From the NCBI GenBank assembly GCA_034669905.1, contig JAXMOL010000028.1, positions 1 through 64,000 of the forward strand: 64,000 nt of DNA, read 5' to 3'. Each line of letters opens with the position of its first letter. Within the stretch, counting starts at the first letter, position 1. Both the position numbers and the translations under genes were made by a program. The stretch comes from Candidatus Hydrogenedentota bacterium (GTDB lineage Bacteria > Hydrogenedentota > Hydrogenedentia > Hydrogenedentales > JAEUWI01). Below are positions 7,283-16,131 of this stretch, one piece after another. The notes beneath the pieces were generated by a model. The model was given only the letters and a program-made list of their open reading frames with translations, did no database searches and was not told the origin of the DNA.

Positions 7283-9898
7283 CTAGTCTTTGAGCACGCC
7301 ACGGAGGGCTTCCGCCAGTTTTTTTCGGGAAAAGGGCTTATTCAAAAGGGACTGAATTCCCAGCCGACGCAACTCAGCGGCTTCCCGGTCTTCAAGGCGG
7401 CCGCTCATAACGATGATTCCGATGTCGGGGAGCATCTGGCGCAGGGCCTGGGCCAACATGATCCCATCGACATTGGGCATGTGGATGTCGGTCAGCACGA
7501 CCCGGATGCGATCCCGGTTTTCCGCAGCCCGTACCAATGCCTGGGTGCCATCTTCTGCGTCGATCACATCAAAATTCATCGCACGCAGCAGGCGGGATGC
7601 GGTATCCCGCACGGCAAACTCATCGTCCACAACGAGTATAAGCTCGCCGTTTCCTCGATAGCCATTTGAACCCGGAGCATCCGCGGAGGCCGCTTCAGTC
7701 TCGCCTTGGGCGACGCGCAGGAAAACAGAAAAAGTGGCCCCCCGATCCGGTCGGGACGAGACTTCCATAAAGCCCCCGTGACTCTTGACGATGCCCAATA
7801 CGGTGGAGAGCCCCAGGCCCGTACCCTTATCGGGTTCTTTGGTACTGTAAAAGGGCTCAAACATCCGCGCCATCACCTCCGGGGCGATTCCCTGCCCGGT
7901 ATCGGTCACCCGAATCAAGACGTGGGGTCCGATAGTCGCATCCGGTATGGAACTCGCATAGGCTTCATCCACATCGACATTTTCTGCAGAAAGCGTAAGT
8001 ACCCCCCCCATGGACATCGCGTCGCGGGCATTCACACACAAGTTCAGCAAGACCTGGTGCAACTGGGTCGTATCCCCCAGGATGGGGTGCAGATCTTCGG
8101 TAAATTGTGGTTGGAGACGAATCGATTTGGGAAAGGTTCCAATAATGATACGTTCCATCTCCTGGAGCAACCGATAGGGCTTAATGACCGCACGCTCTCC
8201 ATCGAGGCCCTTGGCAAAGGTGAGCAACTGGCGCACCATGGCGGCCCCGCGTTTCGCACCGTTCTCTATCACATCCACCAGTTCCACATCCTCGGGCCGC
8301 TCTTCCCGAAGGACTTCTGTGGCCATCAGAATGGGGGCCAAGGCGTTGTTCAGATCGTGGGCTACGCCCCCCGCAAGGGTGCCGATACTCTCCAGCCGCT
8401 GTGCACGCAGCGTGTGTTCATGTATTTGTTCCCGCTCTGTCACATCACGGACGGCGGCCGCCACCCAGGTGTTGCCATTTATCCGCAAGGGACTCAAGCT
8501 GATATCGACAGGAAAGGAGGTCCCGTCCTTTTTCAGGCCCTTCAGATTGCTTTGACCACCGCCCATCTTGCGGGGGACCGCGTTCGGATAGAACTCCTCA
8601 CGCAACCCCACATGGGCGTGCCGTGATTCCATCGGAAGCAACACTTCCACCGGTTGGTGAAGCAATTCCGATCGGTGGTAGCCGAAGAGCTTTTCCGCCT
8701 GTTTATTCAGGAGTACGATGGTACCCTCCGAATCCGCCATAATAATCGCGTCGGGCGCAAACTCAAAAAGATCATGAAACTGTTTCTGGGTCTGGGTCAC
8801 GGCCGTTTCCGCACGGGCCCGTTCAATGGTCGCCCAACAGCGCTCCACCACCTCCTGCACCAGAAAAATCTCGTTCTCTGTCCAGTGGCGTGGCCGGGTC
8901 TGATGGACTGCCATCATGGCACGAAGCCCGTCTTCTTTGACCAGCGGACAGCAGACTATCGCCTTGATGCCGATAGCGTTGAACATCTCCGATCCCGGGT
9001 CGCCACCGAATTCCACGTCCACATCGCGCACCACCAGAACACGATTATTCCGCATCTCTGCCGTGGCCCGCGCGCCGAAGACTTCTAGTGAATATTTCCC
9101 CACCGTCGACACACAGCCGTCGGTGTAATCATGAAGAATGACAAACTCGTTCTGGTCCGCGGCGACTTCGGCATAGGCGCACCGGGATGCCCGCAGGTGC
9201 TGACCCAACAAACGGGCGCTGGTCTCCATGATGGCTTCCGGACGACTGAGCTCGCGGGTCGCCTCACCAATCGCATTGAGCAACTGAAAGTGGTCACCCC
9301 GCACGCGGAGGGCTTCGGTCTTGTCGGACAGCGCTTCAAAAGAGGCATCCGTCGCCCACTCCACGTCCAGGTGGCGCATAATCTGGCGTGCAACTATCTG
9401 GAGCCCTTCTCGCTGCTGGTCGGTAAGCTTGCCGGGCTTGGTATCGCCCACGCAGACCAATCCGATGTAGTGCCCGTCGGCGGTGTCGAGGGTCGCCGCC
9501 CCGTAGAACACCAACCCGGGCTCGCCGGTCACCAGCGGACTTTCCGCGCAGGGTGATAACCGGGTATCTGGTATCTCCCAACAGCAAGGCCCGGGTTCCG
9601 GCGGCGTGATAAAGGCATCATCTGCGGGCAATTCCAGGGTGGTCAGCCCCACGGAGCCCACCACCCGCTGCTGGTCGCGGTCGAGAAAGACGATATAGCC
9701 AATGGGAACCCCACACAGACAGGCCGCAAGCCGGGCCGCATCGCAAAAGTCTTCTTGCTCCATCGAATCGGGAAGATCATAGCGTGCCAACGCGGCCAGC
9801 CGCTCGGCGTCTCCGACTCTCAGTGGGTGTTCAATCACGACGATAATTCCAGGGCCCTGCTCCACACCATGGGTGCGCACCCATATCAGGTCACGCAT
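7283..9898 (-). CDS. Hybrid sensor histidine kinase (GAF-GAF-PAS-HisKA-HATPase-receiver)
   Basis: ERLAALARY GAF start; PAS; GGVAHDLNN H-box; NLCVNARDAM; GTGLGLS; receiver ILVVDD...TDIHMP...KPF; start codon uncertain. Confidence 0.93.
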   Translation of the reverse strand: MRDLIWVRTHGVEQGPGIIVVIEHPLRVGDAERLAALARYDLPDSMEQEDFCDAARLAACLCGVPIGYIVFLDRDQQRVVGSVGLTTLELPADDAFITPPEPGPCCWEIPDTRLSPCAESPLVTGEPGLVFYGAATLDTADGHYIGLVCVGDTKPGKLTDQQREGLQIVARQIMRHLDVEWATDASFEALSDKTEALRVRGDHFQLLNAIGEATRELSRPEAIMETSARLLGQHLRASRCAYAEVAADQNEFVILHDYTDGCVSTVGKYSLEVFGARATAEMRNNRVLVVRDVDVEFGGDPGSEMFNAIGIKAIVCCPLVKEDGLRAMMAVHQTRPRHWTENEIFLVQEVVERCWATIERARAETAVTQTQKQFHDLFEFAPDAIIMADSEGTIVLLNKQAEKLFGYHRSELLHQPVEVLLPMESRHAHVGLREEFYPNAVPRKMGGGQSNLKGLKKDGTSFPVDISLSPLRINGNTWVAAAVRDVTEREQIHEHTLRAQRLESIGTLAGGVAHDLNNALAPILMATEVLREERPEDVELVDVIENGAKRGAAMVRQLLTFAKGLDGERAVIKPYRLLQEMERIIIGTFPKSIRLQPQFTEDLHPILGDTTQLHQVLLNLCVNARDAMSMGGVLTLSAENVDVDEAYASSIPDATIGPHVLIRVTDTGQGIAPEVMARMFEPFYSTKEPDKGTGLGLSTVLGIVKSHGGFMEVSSRPDRGATFSVFLRVAQGETEAASADAPGSNGYRGNGELILVVDDEFAVRDTASRLLRAMNFDVIDAEDGTQALVRAAENRDRIRVVLTDIHMPNVDGIMLAQALRQMLPDIGIIVMSGRLEDREAAELRRLGIQSLLNKPFSRKKLAEALRGVLKD

Positions 9899-10014
9899 GC
9901 GCTCCGTATACTATGCACTTATCCACCATGTTGCATCAGTATATCATACAATTCTTCGTGCGCTGACGGAGGGCGTCCAAGGCCACCGCACGGCCCCCCC
10001 CCGCCTGTGCGCCC

Positions 10015-10896
10015 TCACCGATACGGTGTGTAGTCGAAGTCCGCCAGCTTACCTTCGAAAAAAATGAGCTTGCCCGTGACCGACGCGTTTTCGCCCGGCT
10101 CCAGATCGGGAAACCGGGGGTCGGCGTGAAAGCAGGGGTGATTGGGATTGCTCACCATGGACAGTGTATTTTTTCCCCACGTGAACGCCACGAGACGCTC
10201 CGCCTGATTAGACACCATGGCCACCAGGGGCACATCGGCGACCGGGTTCCCGCGCGTCCGCCAACCGACACGATAGGGCTGGTCGCCTTGCGGCAAGTCC
10301 CGGGCCGCTTCCATAGTCACCCAGCCTTTTTTCGCGGTGTGGATGAACTTGTTCTCCCGCGTGTAATCCGCAAACTCCTTGATCCCACGCAGGAAGGCAC
10401 AGGTCTGAAGGGTAATGTCATTCAACGCTTCGCCCGAGCCATTATGTATGTGCAATTCGAGATCCACGGTGTGGTCGCTGCCTTTCTTGAGGCTGCCGCC
10501 GAAGGCGATCCGGCTGGGCAGCACCCGCTCGAACGAAATCCCATCCCCGGTCTCACTCCAGGCCACCGCTGGCAGGCTGTCGCCGTACACCGTATCAATG
10601 GGCGGGTTGATATGGCTCAGGTAAATGAGGCCCTGGCTCGTGAAGATGGCCTCGGGAAAATCCATCCAGAGGTAGTCCTGCGAGGGCCACGAGGGACTGA
10701 CCCAGGCGATGTGCTCCCAGGGATAGTGGGGCCGCCAGTGGCCCGGCTTGATGCGAATGCCCGCGACGTGGTTTTCATACGTAGACCGGAGTTCGGTGCG
10801 TGCATGGAGCGGCGGTGATGCGAACATCGCGGCCGTAGTGCCTGCCGCAGCCAGAAAGTTCCGGCGGGAAAGTCTCGGATGTTTGACGGAAATCAT
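10015..10896 (-). CDS. Tat-exported hypothetical protein
   Basis: SRRNFLAAAG twin-arginine signal; AAGGA RBS before ATG at 10896. Confidence 0.75.
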   Translation of the reverse strand: MISVKHPRLSRRNFLAAAGTTAAMFASPPLHARTELRSTYENHVAGIRIKPGHWRPHYPWEHIAWVSPSWPSQDYLWMDFPEAIFTSQGLIYLSHINPPIDTVYGDSLPAVAWSETGDGISFERVLPSRIAFGGSLKKGSDHTVDLELHIHNGSGEALNDITLQTCAFLRGIKEFADYTRENKFIHTAKKGWVTMEAARDLPQGDQPYRVGWRTRGNPVADVPLVAMVSNQAERLVAFTWGKNTLSMVSNPNHPCFHADPRFPDLEPGENASVTGKLIFFEGKLADFDYTPYR

Positions 10897-11038
10897 GCGA
10901 ATTTCCTTCTTCGAAAACGCGGTTTCATTGCGCATCTGGGGTTGACCGGTGCTCCGTCACCGGGCCTCCAGATAGTCTGGATCGCACGACGGCCTATTTG
11001 CAAAATTCGCCATTTCGCCGCATAATCACCTTACAGAC

Positions 11039-11323
11039 ATGCCGGGTGGGCAATGGCCCGTGAACAGGAGAGCACATGATCAACTCTTCCACACGGGCGA
11101 AGTGCCCCTCTTGACGGCGTCACTCTTCGACAGAATGGACAGCGATGAAAATGCGGCGCCTTCGCGCACCGAGCTGGAAGCCATCGTCAACCGTTCCGTC
11201 GGCTGTATGCCGAGCAGCAAATCTTCGGGCCTTCAGGCTCTGCGTGAAAGCCTCAGCGATTTATTCCTGCTCGGTTTTTCGCTTCTTATGCTGGTATCGC
11301 TGTCTCGCATTTGGAATCATTGA
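11039..11323 (+). pseudogene. Orphan C-terminal fragment (degenerate EF-hand, GC, LSDLFLLG-TM) paralogous to the tail of the downstream LRR protein
   Basis: VPLLTASLFDRMDSDE..ELEA..GC..K...LRESLSDLFLLG aligns with IPLLTNQQFDDLDTDG..ELEA..GC..K...LRNALSNLFLFG; no signal peptide. Confidence 0.6.
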
Positions 11324-11448
11324 ACATCTGATGGTCGATTTTCGTGCAGACAATACAGGCGGAAGAGGGCACAGGGGAGTAGAAGGCTGATTGATTGGTG
11401 CATGAGGCGTGTTTGCCTTGGGCCGAAACTGTTTGAGGAAATGCTGTC

Positions 11449-14400
11449 ATGTCCAAAATCTATCGGCGCGTTGTCGCCCTTGTCTTTTCCCGCGTCCATG
11501 CCGCCGGGGCCATCGTGCTTGTGTTGGCGTCCCTGGCGCCTGCGGTATTCGCGGGTGAGGGGCCATCAGAAGATCTGGACTACGCCTTCTGCCTCGTCTC
11601 GGAAGAAATTCGGCCCGACGCACCCGATCCGGCCACGGAGACCTTGGGCAGGGGAACGCTTCACTACGAGGTGGAGACGGGCATGGCCACGATTCACGTG
11701 GAGCACGATGTAGAAAATCCGACGCTGGCCCGTATCGGCTTCGCGCCCTACAACAGTTACACCCAGGACAGCTTTATCGATCTGGATTCCGCCACCAGCC
11801 CTATCGACGTGACCGTCGCGCTGGATGGTCAAGCCCTCCAGAACAAGCTCTACTACATCGAAATCCTCTCCAGTGACTATCCCGGGGGCGAGATTCGGGC
11901 CCAGTTCGTCGACCGGCCGTGCGTCATTTTTGAAGACCCCGACCTGGAGGCGGCCGTGCGCCAGGAGTTGTTCCTGCCCGAGTTGCCCTATGCCGAGGAC
12001 TTTGTGGGTAAAAACTTCACCCGGCTTCGTATATCCGGTAAGGAAATCGATAGTTTCACCGGACTTGAGTACGCGACGGACCTTACCGAGATAACGCTTT
12101 CCAATCAGAACCAGGTGACCGACCTGTCCCCCCTGGCGAATCTCACCAACCTGGAGATTCTTTTTCTGCAACTTGGCCAGGCGAGCGACATTTCCCCCCT
12201 CGCCAATCTCACCAACCTGCGCGAACTCAATCTCAACAGCCTCCCTATTACCGACCTGACCCCGCTGGAAAACCTCACCCATCTGGAAGAATTGGTGTTG
12301 CATGTTGTCCGCGCCTCCGATATCAGCGCCTTGGCAAACCTGACCAATCTGTCGGAACTCCAAATGTCCAACGCCCCCGTTTCGGACCTGACCGCACTGG
12401 CCAACCTGACGCAATTGACCCGGCTGGGTCTCAGCCGCACCAACGTCAGCGACCTGAGTCCCCTGGCTGGGATCACGGGGTTGCAGAGCCTCGATCTATC
12501 CTACAGCCCGGTGGCCGATCTGAGCCCCCTCGCCAGCATGACGAGCCTCCAGGGACTCACCATCGACGCGACGCTGGTTACCGATATCTCCCCCCTGGCC
12601 TCCATCGATGGCCTGACCGGTGTTACCTGTGATAAGACCCGTATCTCGGATATCTCCGCCTTGGCCAACCACAGCGGCCTGCGTGGGTTGCGCTTGGATG
12701 ATTGCCGTATTTCAGACCTCTCACCCCTGGCCAACCTGACCGACATCACGTTTATCACCGCTCGCAACAACCCCTTGAGCGACCTTTCCCCCCTGGCGAA
12801 CCTTACCGGCATTACCCAACTACTCCTGGGGGGCACCAATGTGACCGACGTGTCGCCTCTGGTGAATCTGAACGCCCTCACCTGGATTCAGCTCGATGAC
12901 ACCCCCATTGCCGATGTGTCTCCGCTGGCGGGGCTGGCGTCGCTCAACCAACTGGAGGCCGACGGTTCCCAAATCACCTCGGTACCACTGGCCGCCGGAT
13001 TCGATGCACTCAGCACCCTCCGTCTCAACGATACGCCCGTGTCGGACCTGGGTTTCATGTCGGGCAACGACAGCGTGAGATTCCTCTACGTCGACCGCAG
13101 CCGTGTTACGGATCTTACACCCCTGGCGTCGGCCTCGGCCCTCCGCTCCATCAGCATGGTGGGCACGTCGGTCACCGATTTGTCGCCCCTCGCAGCACTC
13201 ACCGGCCTGGAACGCCTCTATTGTGGCGAGACCTCCATCACCGACTTCAGCGTGGTGGCGAATTTCACGGGACTGACCCACTTTTATGCCGATAACACCG
13301 CCCTGACCACCCTTTCCTTTCTCGCCGAAAACACGACCCTGAGCTACCTGGATGTGGCCGGGACCACGGTGAACAATCTGGGTCCCCTATCCAACAATAC
13401 AGCCCTGGAGTGGATAGACATCGCAAACACGGGCGTAACCGACCTTGCCCCCCTATCGGGACAGACGTCGCTACGGGTGGTCCGTCTGGACAACACCCCC
13501 GTTTCGGATCTAGCGCCTATTCTCACGGAAGGCCACACCTTTCTCCAATTGAATTTTCCCGGTACCAACGTCGATTCCCTCGAAGGCCTCGACGCCCTGA
13601 GCCAGATATCCAGCCTGAATTTCAGCAACACTTCCATCAGCAATATCGTGCCCCTCCGGGAAGGACCTTCAATCTCTACGTTCACAGCAGACAACACCCG
13701 GGTCCGCGACTTCTCCCCCCTGGCAGGGCAAGAGATATTCACCCTTTCCCTGCGGGACAACGAACTCGCCGACCTGGCCGGCGTGACGGGGCTCTCCCGA
13801 CTCCAAAGCCTCTCCCTCGATGGCAACCCGTTGAACGGCCCGGAAGTCCTCAGCGGCCTCGGTGCGCGATATGTCCCCTTCCTTTCCCTGAGTAACACCG
13901 GGCTTACCGAGTTCCTCCCCATGCCGGGCTTCGACCGATTGCGGAATCTTACAATGGCGGATAGTGGCATTACGGACATCAGCTTCCTGCGTAATTTCCC
14001 CACTTTGCAAACACTAGAGATGGGCGGCAACGCCATCTCGGATATCTCGGTATTGGAAAGCCTCCCCCTGCTCGCCGCGGTCGATCTATCCAACAATACT
14101 GTCACCGACCTGACGCCCCTGCGTTTGAATCCCGCACTGGGCACGGAATCGGAGATTGATGTGCAGGGGAATAGCCTTTCGCAAGAAAGCCTCTGCACCC
14201 AGATCCCCGCCATAGAAATGTATGGTGCGCTGGTCAGCTACGACGGCGCCTGCGCCGTCGGTGAAGGCGAAGGCGAGGGAGAAGGTGAAGGTGAAGGCGA
14301 AGGGGAAGGTGAAGGTGAAGGCGAGGGAGAAGGAGAAGGCGAAGGTAGCCTGCAAGCCGTCGCCAGCGTGCTACAAAGCAACTTCGAGGCAGCCGACGCC

Positions 14401-14676
14401 AACGACGATGGGTTTCTTTCCGTGGAAGAAGCCCGCGCCATTATTCCCTTGCTCACGAATCAGCAGTTCGATGACCTCGATACCGACGGCGATTTCCTAA
14501 TCTCCCCCGCCGAATTGGAAGCCGCCGCCACCCCGACCACCGGGTGCGCTCTCGGGGGAAGCAAAGCGCTGTCCGCCCAATCGTTGCGCAATGCGCTCAG
14601 CAACCTCTTTCTGTTTGGCACGCTACTTCTTGTGCTGACAGGGTTTTCGGCCTTTACCCGCCCAGACCACACCTGA
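11449..14676 (+). CDS. Surface protein: CHRD-like domain, internalin-type LRRs, (GE)n linker, EF-hand, C-terminal membrane anchor
   Basis: Signal peptide; YPGGEIRAQ; about 30 22-aa LxxLxLxxxxVxDLSPLA repeats; DANDDGFLSVEE and DTDGDFLISPAE loops; hydrophobic C-terminus. Confidence 0.9.
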   Translation: MSKIYRRVVALVFSRVHAAGAIVLVLASLAPAVFAGEGPSEDLDYAFCLVSEEIRPDAPDPATETLGRGTLHYEVETGMATIHVEHDVENPTLARIGFAPYNSYTQDSFIDLDSATSPIDVTVALDGQALQNKLYYIEILSSDYPGGEIRAQFVDRPCVIFEDPDLEAAVRQELFLPELPYAEDFVGKNFTRLRISGKEIDSFTGLEYATDLTEITLSNQNQVTDLSPLANLTNLEILFLQLGQASDISPLANLTNLRELNLNSLPITDLTPLENLTHLEELVLHVVRASDISALANLTNLSELQMSNAPVSDLTALANLTQLTRLGLSRTNVSDLSPLAGITGLQSLDLSYSPVADLSPLASMTSLQGLTIDATLVTDISPLASIDGLTGVTCDKTRISDISALANHSGLRGLRLDDCRISDLSPLANLTDITFITARNNPLSDLSPLANLTGITQLLLGGTNVTDVSPLVNLNALTWIQLDDTPIADVSPLAGLASLNQLEADGSQITSVPLAAGFDALSTLRLNDTPVSDLGFMSGNDSVRFLYVDRSRVTDLTPLASASALRSISMVGTSVTDLSPLAALTGLERLYCGETSITDFSVVANFTGLTHFYADNTALTTLSFLAENTTLSYLDVAGTTVNNLGPLSNNTALEWIDIANTGVTDLAPLSGQTSLRVVRLDNTPVSDLAPILTEGHTFLQLNFPGTNVDSLEGLDALSQISSLNFSNTSISNIVPLREGPSISTFTADNTRVRDFSPLAGQEIFTLSLRDNELADLAGVTGLSRLQSLSLDGNPLNGPEVLSGLGARYVPFLSLSNTGLTEFLPMPGFDRLRNLTMADSGITDISFLRNFPTLQTLEMGGNAISDISVLESLPLLAAVDLSNNTVTDLTPLRLNPALGTESEIDVQGNSLSQESLCTQIPAIEMYGALVSYDGACAVGEGEGEGEGEGEGEGEGEGEGEGEGEGEGSLQAVASVLQSNFEAADANDDGFLSVEEARAIIPLLTNQQFDDLDTDGDFLISPAELEAAATPTTGCALGGSKALSAQSLRNALSNLFLFGTLLLVLTGFSAFTRPDHT
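14260..14346 (+). repeat. (GE)14G coding repeat
   Basis: GGN-GAR hexamers with varied synonymous codons. Confidence 0.9.
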
Positions 14677-14688
14677 CGATACATAGAA

Positions 14689-14724
14689 AACCGGGATAGC
14701 CCCTCGTGAGGGGCTATCCCGGTT
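14689..14724. terminator. Bidirectional terminator-like hairpin
   Basis: AACCGGGATAGCCCCTC-GT-GAGGGGCTATCCCGGTT between convergent genes. Confidence 0.8.
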
Positions 14725-14769
14725 ACGTGAACTTATCTGATGGGTACCGTTTCTGTACGGAGCCCCGGT

Positions 14770-16131
14770 CTATGCCAGGCTGGAAAGATAGTTCAGCTTA
14801 CCATCGCTATCGCCCAGATTCTCCGTCGGGCAACCCACATACTCCAGCGTATTGAGGAAGAGGTTGGTCATCGGCGTGTCTTTCTCGTAGCGAATGTGGC
14901 GGCCCGGCGTCACATTGCCACTGGCCCGCCCGGCAATGAGCACCGGCAAGTCACTGTGACTGTGGCTGTTACCATCGCTGATGCCACTGCCGTAAACGAT
15001 AAGGGAGTGATCGAGCAATGAGCCGTCGCCGTCTTCCGTGTTCTTCATCTTGTCGAGGAAGTAGGCGAACTGCTCCATGTGGTAGTGGTTGATGGTACGC
15101 AGGCTGGCAATCTTCTCTTCGTCGCCGAGGTGGTGGCTGAGCTGGTGGTGCCCCCCCTTCACGCCCACTTCACGGTAGGCACGTCCGCTGCCTTCCAGGC
15201 CCATCATGAAGGTGGAAACCCGGGTCTGGTCGGTCTGGTAGGCGAGAATCTGGAGGTCAAACATGAGCCGGGCATACTCGGCATAGTCTTTCGGAATGGC
15301 CTCCGGCACGTCCAGACCACCTGCATCCGCGGCTTGCCCTTCGTTCCAGGCAATTTGCTTTTCTACCAGGCGGATACCGTAGAGGTATTCTTCCAGTTTG
15401 CGCCGGTCGGTAGGTCCAAGTTTCCGTTGAAGTGCCTTGGTGTCGTCCATCACGAAGTCGAGGATACTCCCCCGATACTCCCGCCGACGGGCTTTGTCCC
15501 GCTCGCTGAGATTCTTCTCTTCGCCTCCGAAGAGACGCTCGAAGACGGCGCGGGGATTGCCCTCGGGCTGATTGGGCGTCGTTTCCGTTCGCCAGGAAAT
15601 ACTGTTGGAATAGGCGCAGCTATAGCCCGAGTCACAACTGCCCGCCAGCTTACCGGATTCTACCGTCAGCTCCAGGGAGGGGAAGCGGGAGTTCTTGCCC
15701 AGATGCTGGGCCGCAATCTGGTCCACCGATACGCCACTGCGAATGTCGGCACCCGCGGTCTTGTTGGGGTGCACGCCGGTGAGGAAAACCGACGAAGCGC
15801 GGGCGTGATCGCCCCCGCCATCGCCCAGGGCCCGGGCATTCAGTTGGGCCAGACCACTGGCCACGATCACCTCATCCCGGTGCGCCGCAATGGGCTTCAG
15901 GATTTGGGGCAACTCAAAGTCTTTTCCCTCGGCGGCCGGCGTCCAGTCGGGCATGATGATCCCGTTGGGCACATAGACGAAGCCGATGCGGGTAGGGGCA
16001 ATATTCTTTTGTGGTGCGGCCTGGGCCACCGCAGGGACCATCGCGTCCAGGAAGGGCAGTGCCAGACCGGCCCCCACGCCCCGCAAGAAAGTACGGCGGT
16101 TCAGGTGTTTCTTCGTAACAATGGTTGTCAT
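14770..16131 (-). CDS. DUF1552 family protein
   Basis: RRTFLRGVG..LALPFLDAM; YVPNG; GDGGGDHAR; GSCDSGYSCAYS; TDQTRV; SDGNSHSH. Confidence 0.92.
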   Translation of the reverse strand: MTTIVTKKHLNRRTFLRGVGAGLALPFLDAMVPAVAQAAPQKNIAPTRIGFVYVPNGIIMPDWTPAAEGKDFELPQILKPIAAHRDEVIVASGLAQLNARALGDGGGDHARASSVFLTGVHPNKTAGADIRSGVSVDQIAAQHLGKNSRFPSLELTVESGKLAGSCDSGYSCAYSNSISWRTETTPNQPEGNPRAVFERLFGGEEKNLSERDKARRREYRGSILDFVMDDTKALQRKLGPTDRRKLEEYLYGIRLVEKQIAWNEGQAADAGGLDVPEAIPKDYAEYARLMFDLQILAYQTDQTRVSTFMMGLEGSGRAYREVGVKGGHHQLSHHLGDEEKIASLRTINHYHMEQFAYFLDKMKNTEDGDGSLLDHSLIVYGSGISDGNSHSHSDLPVLIAGRASGNVTPGRHIRYEKDTPMTNLFLNTLEYVGCPTENLGDSDGKLNYLSSLA

